From an uncultured Gemmatimonadaceae bacterium (GTDB taxonomy: Bacteria > Gemmatimonadota > Gemmatimonadetes > Gemmatimonadales > Gemmatimonadaceae), in NCBI GenBank assembly GCA_963790305.1, contig CAWBOC010000009.1:864001-928000 (forward strand): a DNA stretch of 64,000 bases, read 5' to 3'. The notes below the pieces were generated by a model. That model did no database searches and was not told the origin of the DNA. It saw only the letters and a program-made list of their open reading frames with translations. A program made the position numbers and the translations under genes. Shown piece after piece: positions 39,553 to 50,273 of the stretch (the stretch's first letter is position 1; the number at the start of each line of letters is the position of its first letter).

Positions 39553-41072
39553 TCCCCGATTCCGGTCAGCTCGCTACGCTGAAAGTTATGCTTCTCCATC
39601 AGGCGGTATAGCGTCGTCCGGTCGATGCTGGCGAGGCGAGCCGCCTTCGACATGTTGCCGCCGGCGCGTGAGACCAGACGGGAGAGATACTCCTTCTCGA
39701 AATGCGCCACCAGCCTGTCCTTCGCCGGATGATACGCGTCATCGAGAATCCCGAATGGCATGGAGCCATCCGCCGGTACTTCGCCCGACGGCTCATCATA
39801 AATGGGGATGTCCGATGGCTCAATCGGCTGATTCGGCTCGGCCAGGACGGCCACGTGCTCGATCACGTTCTGCAGCTCCCGGACGTTGCCGCGCCATGGC
39901 TTCGACCGCAGGAAATCGATCGCGCCTTCCGTGAGCTTCGGCGCGAGATCGCCTGTGTTCCGATGTCGCTCCCAGTAGTAGGCGAGGAAGTGATTGGCGA
40001 GGAGCGGGATATCCTCAACGCGCTTGCGGAGCGGGGGTAGCTGAATGGGTACCACCCGCAGGCGGTAGAACAGATCCTCACGCAGAATGGATTGCTGCAC
40101 CGCCTCCTGGGGATCGCGATTCGTCGCCGAGATGAACCGCACGTCGACCACCGCGTCCTGGTTCTCGCTGCCCACGCGTCGCACCACGCCGTCCTGGATG
40201 ACGCGGAGCAGCTTGGCCTGGAGCGGCTGCGACATCTCGGTCAGCTCGTCGAGGAAGAACGTCCCGCCATTTGCCACTTCGAGAAGGCCCGGCTTGTCGC
40301 GGTCGGCACCGGTGAACGCCCCCTTCTTGTGACCGAACATCTCCGACTCGAGGAGGGGCTCGGGCAGCGCGGCACAGTTCACCGGAACGAGCTTGCGGCT
40401 CGCGCGGCGGCTGTGCCGGTGAATGAACTGGGCGATGAGCTCCTTTCCCGTTCCGCTTTCGCCGGTGATCATCACCAATGCGTCGGTCGGGGCCACCTTT
40501 CTGGCGAGGTCCACCGCCTTGCGGAACGCTGGCGACACCCCCAGAAGCGCGATCTTGTCGCTGTTGCCGTTCTGCTTGAGGAGCTGAAAACGAAGATCGC
40601 GCGTTTCCCGCGCGACCATGACGGCGTGCGAAGCCCGGCCGACCAGCACCTGGAGGTGAGTGGCGGAGAAGGGCTTCGGAAGGTAGTCCCAGGCGCCCGC
40701 CCGGAGCGCCTCGATGCTCGTCGTCACGCTCGGGTTCCCCGTCATGACGACGACGATCGTGTCCTTGTGCGCGGCGAGCGCCGCCTTCAGAACATCCATT
40801 CCCGAGACCGGCGTCATGTACAGGTCGACGAGGATGATGTCGTATTTGCGGCGCTTCACCATCTCGACCGCTTCGTCGCCTCTGCCCGAGAAGGCGACGT
40901 TGAAGCCGTCGATCTGGAGCACGCTCGCACAGCCCTCGCGAAGCGTCCGGTCGTCGTCGACGACGAGAATCGAGACGCTGGCCTTGACCTCTGGCGGGAT
41001 TGAAAGCGGATCGCGCTGCGCCGCATCGGGCGGCTGGACGTATTCGGTTTGCGGCGCGAGAGAAGACGACAT
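39549..41072 (-). CDS. Sigma54-dependent response regulator (NtrC family)
   Basis: REC domain, GESGTGKE, GAFTGA, FFLDE, WRGNVRELQN, Fis HTH. Confidence 0.95.
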   Translation of the reverse strand: MSSSLAPQTEYVQPPDAAQRDPLSIPPEVKASVSILVVDDDRTLREGCASVLQIDGFNVAFSGRGDEAVEMVKRRKYDIILVDLYMTPVSGMDVLKAALAAHKDTIVVVMTGNPSVTTSIEALRAGAWDYLPKPFSATHLQVLVGRASHAVMVARETRDLRFQLLKQNGNSDKIALLGVSPAFRKAVDLARKVAPTDALVMITGESGTGKELIAQFIHRHSRRASRKLVPVNCAALPEPLLESEMFGHKKGAFTGADRDKPGLLEVANGGTFFLDELTEMSQPLQAKLLRVIQDGVVRRVGSENQDAVVDVRFISATNRDPQEAVQQSILREDLFYRLRVVPIQLPPLRKRVEDIPLLANHFLAYYWERHRNTGDLAPKLTEGAIDFLRSKPWRGNVRELQNVIEHVAVLAEPNQPIEPSDIPIYDEPSGEVPADGSMPFGILDDAYHPAKDRLVAHFEKEYLSRLVSRAGGNMSKAARLASIDRTTLYRLMEKHNFQRSELTGIGE

Positions 41073-41365
41073 CGGCTCTCCTGTGTGGGAGCAAAGTGAC
41101 AAGCGAGGAGCGGTTGCGCGCGGTGCGATGCAATCCCGGCGCCCGGATATTCTTCGGTAAAACGAGCGTGATGCGACGCACCTAAATACAACCAACTGTT
41201 GCACCTGTCAACCGAAGCGTCGCCCGAAGGCAACACCGGATCGTCTCGGGATGACCACACACCTGAGGCGTAAACGCCACAGCCTCTAGCGCTTTCGAGC
41301 TGCTCTAAAGAGGCTTTTCCGCCCGACGGAGGCGTGAAAAAGCCGCGAATTGGGAGGCCAATGCA

Positions 41366-41381
41366 TGGGCCCAGACTTGCA
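41366..41381 (+). promoter_or_regulatory. Candidate sigma54 promoter of wzc
   Basis: TGGGCCCAGACTTGCA (GG-N10-GC), about 80 bp before the ATG. Confidence 0.45.
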
Positions 41382-41462
41382 TGGCCGCCCCCGCGCTGGT
41401 CGGACTGTTGCCCGAATTCACTCAAGTTGTTGCCTGCCGCCCTGAGCGCCGCCGCCCTGGAC

Positions 41463-43880
41463 ATGCCCCACAGTCAGCTTCCAACCGAGACTTCCCCGAA
41501 GAGCGTTCCCGGGCAATACACTCCCCCCGCGGCGCTGGACCGAGGCTTTCAGGATCGAGGAAACGCACCGCCGCCACCCACCGGCTTCGCCTGGGCGAGA
41601 TACGTCTCGGCCCTACGCCGGTACAAGTGGCTCGTCCTCGCCGTCGCCATAATTGGCTCCGGCGCGGGGGTGGTCGCTACTCGATTCGTCCCGCCGACCT
41701 TCCGCGTCAACGCTACAATCTGGATCTCGACGGACAGCCCGGGCCGGCAGGACCGCGGCCCGATCCGCGCCGACGAGCTCCTGTCGTCCTCGTCCTGGAT
41801 CGAGCTCTTCAAGAGCGGCGTGGTCGTCGACCCCGTCGTCAGCGAGCTCCGGCTCTATCTCATCCCGCGCGATCCCGCCCACGCCGAGTTGTTCCAGCGC
41901 TTCTCGCCAGGCAAGGGATTCCGGCCGGGAGAATACCAGCTCATCGTCCACCAGGAGGCTGGGCGGTTCACTCTCACCGACGGTGAGGGGAATCTGATCG
42001 AGGAGGGAGCGGCCGGGGACTCGATCGGCCGTCGGGTCGGGTTTGCGTGGGCGCCAGCCGGCGCCCTCCTGAGCGGACGAGGAACCGTGAAGTTCACGGC
42101 GATCACGCCGCGCGAGGCATCCTTCGCGCTCCTCGAGAATCTGAGCGCAACCATCCCGAGGACCGGGGACGGCCAGTCGAGCAACTTCCTGCGTCTGTCG
42201 CTGATGGGAAAGGACTCGGAGCTGACCGCCAGGATTCTGAATCGATGGGTCGAGGAGTTCCTCAGGACCGCCGATCGACTCAAGAAGCGAAACCTGGTCG
42301 AGTTCGCGAAGATCCTTCGCGCGCAGCTCGACTACGCGAGCGTGCAGCTGAAGAACGCGGAGATCGCGCTCGAGAGCTTCAAGGTCAACACCATTACGCA
42401 GCCTTCCGAGGGCACGCCGGTGTCGGCGGGGGTCGAAGAGTTTCGCGATCCCGTCTTCGATAGCTTTTTCAACCAGAAGGTTCAGCACGAAGAGGTGAAG
42501 CGCGACCGCGAGGCACTCGAGCGGATCGTCGCCGACGCGCGCAGCGGACAGATCATGCCGGAGGCGTTTTACTCGATTCCAAACGTGGTGGCTGGAGCGC
42601 AGGGCCTGCGGTCAGCGCTCGACGAGCTGTCCACGAAGGAAGCCCAGCTTCGAACTGCGCAGCAGGTCTGGACTGACGAGCACAACGCCGTGAAGGAGCT
42701 TCGTAACAGCGTCGCCCGGCTGCGTCAGGAGACGGTGCCGAGCATGACTACCGCGTTGCTCGAGCAGCTTCGTCGCCGCGAGGCCGAGCTTGGCCGCCGC
42801 ATCGAGTCGGCGTCGCGTGAGCTTCGGTCCATTCCGACGCGCACCATTGAGGAGATGCGGCTCCGTCGCGAGGTCGATGTCGCGGTAGCGTTGTATTCCT
42901 CGTTGCAAACGCGTTATGAGGAAGCTCGACTCGCCGAAGCGAGTGCGGTGGCGGACGTTCAGCCGCTCGACGGGGCGGTCGCCCCTCAGCGGCCGGAAGG
43001 TGATCGCACCGCGCAGTTCATTCTGATGGCGGTCATGGGAAGCATTGGCGCGGGGCTCGCACTCGCCGTGCTGCTCGACCGGCTGGATGGACGGGTGCGC
43101 TACCCGGACCAGATCACGCACGAGCTGGGGCTGGACATCCTCGGCGCGGTTCCGACCATCAAGGAGGTCAAGGATCGCAGCGCAGAGGTCGAGAAGGCAG
43201 CGGCGGTCGTTGAGGCATTTCGCACCATCCGCCTCGCCCTGACCCACGCTGGCGAGCCCCATTCGCCCTTCATGGTCACGGTGACAAGCCCGTCCCCCGG
43301 CGATGGGAAATCCCTCGTCTCGGCGAATCTCGCGCTGTCGTTCGCCGAAGCTGGCTATCGGACGTTGCTCATCGACGGCGATATCCGGCGCGGCCGGCTC
43401 CACTCCGCCTTCGGGGCCGAGCGCCGTCCAGGCCTGGTCGACTGCCTCATGGGGTCGATCGAGCCCACCGACGTAATGCGCGCGTCGTCGCACGAGAATC
43501 TGACGCTCATTTCGTGTGGTGCGCGTAGACAGCGTGGTCCGGAGCTACTCGCCTCCCAGGCGATGCAATCTCTGATGAGCGCCGTCGAGCCCAAATTCGA
43601 CGCGATCATCGTGGACAGCTCGCCCCTCGGCGCCGGGATCGATCCGCTCGCTCTCGGAATCGTCACGCGCAACATGATCCTCGTGCTCAAGAACGGTCAG
43701 ACCGACAGACGGTTGGCGCAGGCAAAGCTCGAGCTGGTCGACCGCCTTCCCGTTCGGATGCTCGGTGCCGTCCTCAACGATTTTCACGGCGAGCCGATCT
43801 ACAAGTACTACCAGTACGACGACGGTTATGCCCTCGAGTCGGACGATCCGTTGCTCATCGGCGCGAGAGACGACGCCTAA
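41463..43880 (+). CDS. wzc: Polysaccharide co-polymerase / tyrosine autokinase
   Basis: Two TMs, coiled coil, EAFR, PSPGDGKS, LIDGD, IVDS, Tyr-rich tail YKYYQYDDGY. Confidence 0.92.
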   Translation: MPHSQLPTETSPKSVPGQYTPPAALDRGFQDRGNAPPPPTGFAWARYVSALRRYKWLVLAVAIIGSGAGVVATRFVPPTFRVNATIWISTDSPGRQDRGPIRADELLSSSSWIELFKSGVVVDPVVSELRLYLIPRDPAHAELFQRFSPGKGFRPGEYQLIVHQEAGRFTLTDGEGNLIEEGAAGDSIGRRVGFAWAPAGALLSGRGTVKFTAITPREASFALLENLSATIPRTGDGQSSNFLRLSLMGKDSELTARILNRWVEEFLRTADRLKKRNLVEFAKILRAQLDYASVQLKNAEIALESFKVNTITQPSEGTPVSAGVEEFRDPVFDSFFNQKVQHEEVKRDREALERIVADARSGQIMPEAFYSIPNVVAGAQGLRSALDELSTKEAQLRTAQQVWTDEHNAVKELRNSVARLRQETVPSMTTALLEQLRRREAELGRRIESASRELRSIPTRTIEEMRLRREVDVAVALYSSLQTRYEEARLAEASAVADVQPLDGAVAPQRPEGDRTAQFILMAVMGSIGAGLALAVLLDRLDGRVRYPDQITHELGLDILGAVPTIKEVKDRSAEVEKAAAVVEAFRTIRLALTHAGEPHSPFMVTVTSPSPGDGKSLVSANLALSFAEAGYRTLLIDGDIRRGRLHSAFGAERRPGLVDCLMGSIEPTDVMRASSHENLTLISCGARRQRGPELLASQAMQSLMSAVEPKFDAIIVDSSPLGAGIDPLALGIVTRNMILVLKNGQTDRRLAQAKLELVDRLPVRMLGAVLNDFHGEPIYKYYQYDDGYALESDDPLLIGARDDA

Positions 43881-43903
43881 CAGCTGCGGCTCTTCCGGAA
43901 CGC

Positions 43904-43940
43904 AATGAGGCCCCGGCGCGAATCGCGCCGGGGCCTCATT
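43904..43940. terminator. Hairpin between convergent genes
   Basis: Perfect 17-bp stem AATGAGGCCCCGGCGCG-AAT-CGCGCCGGGGCCTCATT. Confidence 0.75.
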
Positions 43941-43965
43941 TGCCAGGTGAGCGACACCAGCGGAG

Positions 43966-44917
43966 TCAGGGCGTGGGCCGCGCGGGCAAGTCGTCGAAGG
44001 ATGCCACCGAGAGATCCTCGTGCGTCTGCCGCGCATGGTGAAGTGCCGTGGCAGCGCGAAGAATCATCTCCACCGCATCGACGGGCGACTCGGTGAAATT
44101 AGGCACCGCACAATAGCCGGCTCGAATACGCGGCGCCGAACCATTACCGTCTTCCGAGAAGGTTTCTTGAAGGACACCCTGGAGTCGGGCAACCAGGCGC
44201 TTGGCACCCTCCGCATTGGTCGCGGGGGCGATGATGGCGAACTCGAGGCTGCCGAGGCGGCCGATCGCGTCTGACACGCGACCCTTCTTCCTGAACAGCT
44301 CACTCACCTGTTCCGTGAGGCGCTCGGCCGTGGCTGCGGCGATCTCCTCTCCATTGCCGTCCGCGAGGTCGGGCGCCACCGCAAGGCAGGCGAGCGCGTC
44401 GTGGCGGCGAAATGCATCGTTGCCGATCTCCTGGGCCCGGCGAGCCAGGCCGCGCATGTTGTAGAGACCGGTCCTCTGATCGACCAGACTCTCCGCTCTC
44501 ACGCGATCGACCTCGCGTTTGCATCGCATGAACGTGTCGAGCTTCACGACGAGCGCCTCGCCATCCAGCGGCTGCGTGCAGTACTCCCACGCTCCAGCTC
44601 GATAGGCCGCCAGCCGTTGCGCCCTCGCGCCTTCACCTGCCGACGTGATGACGATTGGCGTGGTGGCGCTGAATCGAGGATCCTGCCGAAGCGTGCGACA
44701 GACGTCGATCCCATCAATGTCGGGGAGTCGCGCGTCGACCACAACCACGTCGGGCAACGAGGTCCGCGCCATTCTCGAGGGCCTGGCGTCCGGTGTGCGC
44801 GCGAAGTACCGCGTACCCGTTGGGACCCAGGATGCTCTCGAGCGAACGAGCCGACCATTCCTGATCGTTGGCCAGGAGAGCCAATGGAGGGCGTGAAGGT
44901 CGGTCGGTCTCGGTCAT
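43966..44917 (-). CDS. REC + degenerate GGDEF protein; +1 frameshift near 44772
   Basis: Joins as GRQALE/MARTSLPDVVVVD; DQRTGLYN; RVSD-x5-GSLEF; start uncertain. Confidence 0.82.
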
Positions 44918-45013
44918 GATCTCTTGAAGTGACGGCAGGGCCACCTTCGTATCAATCGTGTAATTCATCTCCGCGGGCATCATGCAGGAGTCATGCGGGG
45001 GCGGGGATCCCCG

Positions 45014-45026
45014 TAACGTATTGATT
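45014..45026 (-). promoter_or_regulatory. IHF-like site
   Basis: AATCAATACGTTA matches WATCAANNNNTTR. Confidence 0.4.
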
Positions 45027-45409
45027 CAGGTGGGTTTCAGGCGACGCTCTTCCGACGCGCTCTCAAAATGTGCCGCATGGGCGCCACAATAACGATGGAT
45101 TGCGCTCGACGGCTGCAGTCACCGCACATTAGGCGCCATTTGCCGCGACCGCCGCGTCCACCTAGGCCCCGCCTCGAGCGCTCCCGCATGCCTCCCGGTG
45201 TTGGGAGCGTGCGAAAACCTTGTGGGCGCGCCGCTACACCCACCCGATCAAATTCCCTGTGCAACGACTGACCACACATTACAAGATGTTGTACCAGTTA
45301 GCGTTAGCATTACGCATCAAGGGCACCTTTCGGTAGCACGGGGAGTGCATGAGGGCGGGCCATGACTCTCCGCCCCTCTCGCATCAACTCGAACGCGTCC
45401 TTCCACGTC

Positions 45410-46177
45410 ATGACTCGCTTCTGTGCGACGTGGATCGCGTTTCTTTTCGCCGCAGCGCCCGCGATCGCGCAGTCAACCAGCCCCCAGGCGTCGCGGAACG
45501 CCCAGGCGTCCCGGGAAGAGCTGATGGTCCTCGCCGCTGACGCCGAGCGGCAGGCCACGTCAGGCGGCACCGAGGAAGCCCGTCAGCAAAAGCGCCTCGA
45601 GGCGACAGAGCTCCGCGAGCGACTTCGTGACGGCGATTTCCAGGTTGGCGACCGAATCGTGCTGAGCGTGCGCGGGGATTCCGCGCTGACCGACACGTTC
45701 GTCGTGCGGGCGGGTCGTACCCTCAGCCTTCCGAATATCGCCGAGATCTCGCTCGCCGGTGTCCTTCGCTCGGAGCTGCAGACGTTCCTGTCGAAGGAGA
45801 TCGCGCGGTACGTTCGCGAGCCGGTGGTCCAGACGTCCTCGCTGATTCGTCTCGCTGTGCTCGGCCAGGTGATTCGCCCGGGGTTCTATGCCGTTGGTTC
45901 GGATGTCCTGGTGACCGACGTGATCATGCTCGCGGGCGGGCCGAGCACCGAGGCAGATCTGCGGAAGGTCAGCGTGCGACGCGGGGCGCGAGAAGTGTGG
46001 ACCTCGGATCGGATCCATATGGCGATGACGCAGGGAACCACGCTCGATCAACTCAACCTGCGCGCCGGCGATGAGCTGGTGATTGGAGAGCGGAAACGGC
46101 GCGGGTTCGGGTCGGTATTGCAGGTCGTCTCGGCGGTAAGCGCAGTCGCGATCGGCATCGTCACACTTTCGAGGTAA
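45410..46177 (+). CDS. Polysaccharide export protein (Wza/OPX-like, Poly_export + SLBB)
   Basis: FQVGDRI, LPNIAEI, VLGQVIRPG, LAGG, LRAGD; signal peptide. Confidence 0.85.
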   Translation: MTRFCATWIAFLFAAAPAIAQSTSPQASRNAQASREELMVLAADAERQATSGGTEEARQQKRLEATELRERLRDGDFQVGDRIVLSVRGDSALTDTFVVRAGRTLSLPNIAEISLAGVLRSELQTFLSKEIARYVREPVVQTSSLIRLAVLGQVIRPGFYAVGSDVLVTDVIMLAGGPSTEADLRKVSVRRGAREVWTSDRIHMAMTQGTTLDQLNLRAGDELVIGERKRRGFGSVLQVVSAVSAVAIGIVTLSR

Positions 46178-46186
46178 CGAGAGATC

Positions 46187-47011
46187 ATGGAAGCCGGCCC
46201 CTCACAGTCCATGCGAACGCGCCCTCACAAGCGGCCCATGGGCGTGCGCAGATCGGCAGGCGTGCCGGTCGAGGCAAAAACCCCCGATGCAGCGCCGCTG
46301 TTGCGGGTGGTGCGAGAGGACCTCGTCCTTCCAAAGGGGGATTCCCCGGCCGGACTGACGGAGCGCGAGCGGGCCGTTACGCTCGATCGTGTCATCAACG
46401 TCACGCTTGCCACGCTCGCAATGATCTTCCTCGCACCGCTCTTCGTCGCGGTGGCGATCGCGATCAAGCTGACGTCACGCGGCCCTATCTTCTACATGCA
46501 GCCCCGCGTCGGCGTCGATCGCCGCACCTCCGGGACGGCACCGGGATACGACCGTCGCGGTCGGGATCTCGGTGGGACCATTTTCTTGATCTACAAGTTC
46601 CGCACGATGTTCGTCGACGCCGAGACTCAGACGGGCGCGGTCTGGGCGACGAAGGGAGATCCTCGAATCACTCCCATTGGCCAGTTTCTGCGCAAGTGCC
46701 GCATCGACGAGCTTCCGCAGCTGATCAACGTGATTCGCGGGGAGATGAAGATTGTCGGACCGCGCCCCGAGCGCCCGGGCATCTTCGCCCGCCTGCGCGA
46801 GGACATCGCCGAGTATCCCCTTCGCCAGCGGGCGAAGCCGGGAATCACCGGCTGGGCACAGATCAATCAGTCGTACGATTCGTGTCTGGACGACGTGCGC
46901 TCGAAGGTTCGCTACGATCTCGAGTATCTCGAGCGGCAGAGTATCGCCGAAGACCTTCGCATCATGGTCAAGACCGTCCCCGTCATGCTGTTCCGCAAGG
47001 GCGGCTGGTAG
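46187..47011 (+). CDS. Priming sugar transferase (polyprenyl-phosphate phosphoglycosyltransferase)
   Basis: YKFRTM, DPRIT, DELPQL, VGPRPE, KPGITGWAQI. Confidence 0.93.
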   Translation: MEAGPSQSMRTRPHKRPMGVRRSAGVPVEAKTPDAAPLLRVVREDLVLPKGDSPAGLTERERAVTLDRVINVTLATLAMIFLAPLFVAVAIAIKLTSRGPIFYMQPRVGVDRRTSGTAPGYDRRGRDLGGTIFLIYKFRTMFVDAETQTGAVWATKGDPRITPIGQFLRKCRIDELPQLINVIRGEMKIVGPRPERPGIFARLREDIAEYPLRQRAKPGITGWAQINQSYDSCLDDVRSKVRYDLEYLERQSIAEDLRIMVKTVPVMLFRKGGW

Positions 47012-47052
47012 CCCAACGCCGCGCGGAACAGATCTCCGTCAGGCTGGTCTCG

Positions 47053-48228
47053 TCAGGCGGTCCGTCTCGTAGGCTCCCAGGTCGCGTTTCGATGACCGCG
47101 AAGAACCTGCCGCCACGCCAGTAGCCCAGCGGCGCAGGACGCCAGGACAAAACCCGGGAGCGCGAACAGCGTCGGCACAGTCCGGTTCCGGCGCCAACGC
47201 ATTCCGATCACGCCGAGCAGTGCGCCCGCGCCGAGCGCGGCCAGCACCAGCGACATCGCTGGCCACTCCAGACTCAGCAGCGCAAGTCCGAGCACCGCGC
47301 CCGGAAGCGTCAGATACACCAGCCACCGCGCGAGCTTGTGGCTGAGAAGGAACCAGGCAAACATCCCGTATCGACGCGGATTCATCAGGTGGCGCTTGAA
47401 CCACAGTGTCTCCAGCCCTCGCGCCATCGTACGAACCTTCCGGCGGAATTCGGACTCCAATGATGCGGTCCGAGGGACGATGCACGTCGCATCGCCGACG
47501 GACACCGCCCGGTAGCCGCGCTCACGAACGAGGAGCGCCGAGCCGAAATCACGGCTCAAGTGCTCCGGAAAGTCCGTGACGTAGAGCGCTCGTCTGATTC
47601 CGTAGAAACAGCCGCTGGCGCCGACAATCGAATGCGTGCGCGTTTCGAGCGCGCGAATCCACATCTCGTAGCCGACGTATCCAGCCTCGCCTCGATTCCC
47701 GTCGCGCGCAGCGGTTCCCACGCTCACATCGCACCCCGACGCCACACCCACGGTCGGATCCTGGAACGCCAGCACGAGCGCCTTGAGCGCGTTCGGCAGC
47801 ACGCGGACGGACGCGTCAATGTTGACGACGAGTTCGCCGCGTACGACGAAGCCAGCCGCATTCTCGGCCGCGGACTTGCCGCGGCGCGTTGGCAGCCGGA
47901 GCAGCTCGACGCCACGCCCGGCGTATCCTTCGACGATGGCGTCCGTGCGATCGGTCGAGGCGTCGGAAATGACGAGGATCTGCAGCTTGTCAGCCGGATA
48001 ATCGAGCGCGAGCAAGCTGTCGAGCGCGTCGGCGACTCGCGACTCTTCGTTGAAGCATGGGACGGTGATGCTGACCGTTGGCCATGCGCTTGGCTCGGGC
48101 AGTCGCGGCACGACGGGCCTCCGAGATGCGACCGCCTTCAGCAGAAGCGGGTATCCCGCGTACGCGTACGCGAAGAGCGCAGCCGGCGCGGCGATCAACG
48201 CCGAGCCAAGGACCGTGGGCAGCGACAT
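47053..48228 (-). CDS. GT2 glycosyltransferase (membrane-anchored)
   Basis: VPCFNEE, SDASTD, GKSAA, C-terminal TMs. Confidence 0.9.
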   Translation of the reverse strand: MSLPTVLGSALIAAPAALFAYAYAGYPLLLKAVASRRPVVPRLPEPSAWPTVSITVPCFNEESRVADALDSLLALDYPADKLQILVISDASTDRTDAIVEGYAGRGVELLRLPTRRGKSAAENAAGFVVRGELVVNIDASVRVLPNALKALVLAFQDPTVGVASGCDVSVGTAARDGNRGEAGYVGYEMWIRALETRTHSIVGASGCFYGIRRALYVTDFPEHLSRDFGSALLVRERGYRAVSVGDATCIVPRTASLESEFRRKVRTMARGLETLWFKRHLMNPRRYGMFAWFLLSHKLARWLVYLTLPGAVLGLALLSLEWPAMSLVLAALGAGALLGVIGMRWRRNRTVPTLFALPGFVLASCAAGLLAWRQVLRGHRNATWEPTRRTA

Positions 48229-48246
48229 GGGACGAGGTGGCCCGTG

Positions 48247-49380
48247 CTAGGCGGTGGTGGCGGAGGAGCCTTGCGCCAACGCCTGCAGCTTGCTGGGAAC
48301 CGGTGGCCAGGTTTGCAGGCCGACCTCAGCATACGCTTCCACCAGCGGCGCGGGTCGAGAGTCACCGACGAGAACGTGAAGGATCCATCCGACCGCCATG
48401 GCGATTCCGAAAACCACGTAGTACGCGAGATGCATCGGAATCGCTCGCAGGGTGAAAAGGAGCCCGCGCTCCCGCTCGAAGAACCCGTAGAGGTGGCGGT
48501 TCACGAAAAGGATGGCCTGAAGCGAGACGGCGGTCGCGATCAGCCATCGCTCATCCCACGCGATGGCTGCGAGAACGAGGAAGAAGAGCGCGGCCCAGAC
48601 GAAGCCGGTGTTGGTCCGCTCGACGGTCTTGAGCGCGATCCGATCGCTGTCCTGGCTTGCCCGCTGTCCCATCAGCAGGCGCATCCACGGCACACCGCGG
48701 TCCCGAAGATCCGAGCGGATTGCCGCTCGAAAGGTCCACTCGGTGAGGTTGGTGACACTGATCTCCGGACGCAGAACGATCTTGTACCCGCGCGCCCGAA
48801 TTCGCTGGCCGAGCTCCATGTCCTCCACCTGCAGCCTGGCGAACCGCCACTCGTCGTACATTCCCGCCTCGACGAAGACCTCGCGTCGCACCGCGCCGCA
48901 CACCGCCCAGAACGTCTCGGCGTCACCGGCACTCTGCAGGTGCACGTAGTGGTGAAGGAGGTTGCGATACGTCGAGACGACTCCGACCGCCGGAGAGCTC
49001 GTAGCATAGCTGCCGAACACTGCACTGACGTCCGGCTCGTGGGCGAACACCAGCGCGATGCGGCGCAGAGTGTCGCCCTGCACGCGCGCGTCCGGGTTCA
49101 CGAAGACGACGCCCTCGCCGCGCGACACCTCGAAGCCGCGATTGCGCGCGTACGCGGGACCGCGAGCGTTTCCGGGCAGGCTGACGACTGTGTCGGCGTA
49201 CTCCGCCGCGATGAGCGCGGAATCATCCTGGCTCGCGTCGTCGACGACGATCAGCTCCCAGCAGTCGCGCGGCAAATCACTCTGAACGATCGCATCCAGG
49301 CATTGCGCAAGCGTGCGAGCACTGTTGTGCGCGGGGACGATCACCGACAGGTACGGCCCGCGGGTGGTCAGCTGCGTCAT
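48247..49380 (-). CDS. GT2 glycosyltransferase
   Basis: SVIVPAHN, VVDDASQD, GPAYARN, EDMELG. Confidence 0.9.
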   Translation of the reverse strand: MTQLTTRGPYLSVIVPAHNSARTLAQCLDAIVQSDLPRDCWELIVVDDASQDDSALIAAEYADTVVSLPGNARGPAYARNRGFEVSRGEGVVFVNPDARVQGDTLRRIALVFAHEPDVSAVFGSYATSSPAVGVVSTYRNLLHHYVHLQSAGDAETFWAVCGAVRREVFVEAGMYDEWRFARLQVEDMELGQRIRARGYKIVLRPEISVTNLTEWTFRAAIRSDLRDRGVPWMRLLMGQRASQDSDRIALKTVERTNTGFVWAALFFLVLAAIAWDERWLIATAVSLQAILFVNRHLYGFFERERGLLFTLRAIPMHLAYYVVFGIAMAVGWILHVLVGDSRPAPLVEAYAEVGLQTWPPVPSKLQALAQGSSATTA

Positions 49381-49974
49381 TTACCGGGCTCGCCTGACCT
49401 GCTCGACGTCAGCAAGATGCTCGGTCCATCGCGTCAACGCTGCGCGGGCGCGGGCAGCATCCGGTGCAAGAGTCGGCGGGGACGGCTTGAGCGCGCCCGC
49501 ACCGCCGGCTGGCACCACGCCACGCACCGCCAGGAATTCGGCCCAATCGGTGGCAGCTTTCACGCGTCGCCCGTTCTCGGATCCCGTCCCCTTCCGTGAG
49601 CTCCCTTCGAAGCGGCGGATGCGGTCACACCATCCGTCCTCTTCGAGAACGGACCAGTCGAGGACGAAGACGATGTCTCCGGTCGCGTGCGCCATGGCGA
49701 GCCGGCGCACGTCTGATTGAGTGGCGTCGTCGGGAACCGCGACGAAGCGGATGTTCCACTCTTCGCGAAGGGCGTCATATGTCACGCCGCGAGGCAGCGC
49801 CACGACGAACTCGGCGCTCAGCTCCTTGCACCGCGCGGCGACGGATCTCAATGTCGCGAGATGCCGCTCCTCACACGTCGTGCTCATCACGACCGAAAAC
49901 GCTGGCACGGCCGTGGCTCGCATGAGCTTCAGGTATGAAGGGTGAGAAGGGGAGCTGCTCGAGTTTGGCGTCAT
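49381..49974 (-). CDS. Hypothetical protein with a partial, degenerate GT-A fold
   Basis: FSVVMS...RRLAMAHATGDIVFVLD; stop abuts the GT2 start; start uncertain. Confidence 0.55.
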   Translation of the reverse strand: MTPNSSSSPSHPSYLKLMRATAVPAFSVVMSTTCEERHLATLRSVAARCKELSAEFVVALPRGVTYDALREEWNIRFVAVPDDATQSDVRRLAMAHATGDIVFVLDWSVLEEDGWCDRIRRFEGSSRKGTGSENGRRVKAATDWAEFLAVRGVVPAGGAGALKPSPPTLAPDAARARAALTRWTEHLADVEQVRRAR

Positions 49975-50273
49975 CACCGCACGGATCTGGCTGGATGGAG
50001 CGCGAGCTTCCACGCGTGGACGAGCAGGTGGTCTCTCGATCTGTTCCGTTCGCTGCAGGCTTGCACGCGAGGGCGCACACCCTGTGGGCAAGAAGCAGGC
50101 ACGCGATGAGTGGGTAACGATGCCGTTGTCGCGGCGAGAGTTAGGCTTCGCGTACCCAGGCGCGAATCGCACATCAGCTGGCGAAGTGTTGCGACCCTCC
50201 TACACGGAGCCGCCACGCCCCAGTCGGGATGCATGGCAGGTTTCGAGAGCGCGATCGCTTCGTCGCAATTTCG

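Noticed and set aside
45333..45350. Sigma54 promoter for wza (TAGCACGGGGAGTGCA)
   Set aside because: It lacks the invariant -24 GG, so it is too weak to call.
47560..49599. 679-aa plus-strand ORF, and other long Arg/Pro-rich ORFs in the track
   Set aside because: These are antisense or shifted-frame shadows of real genes, expected at high GC, and show no motifs.
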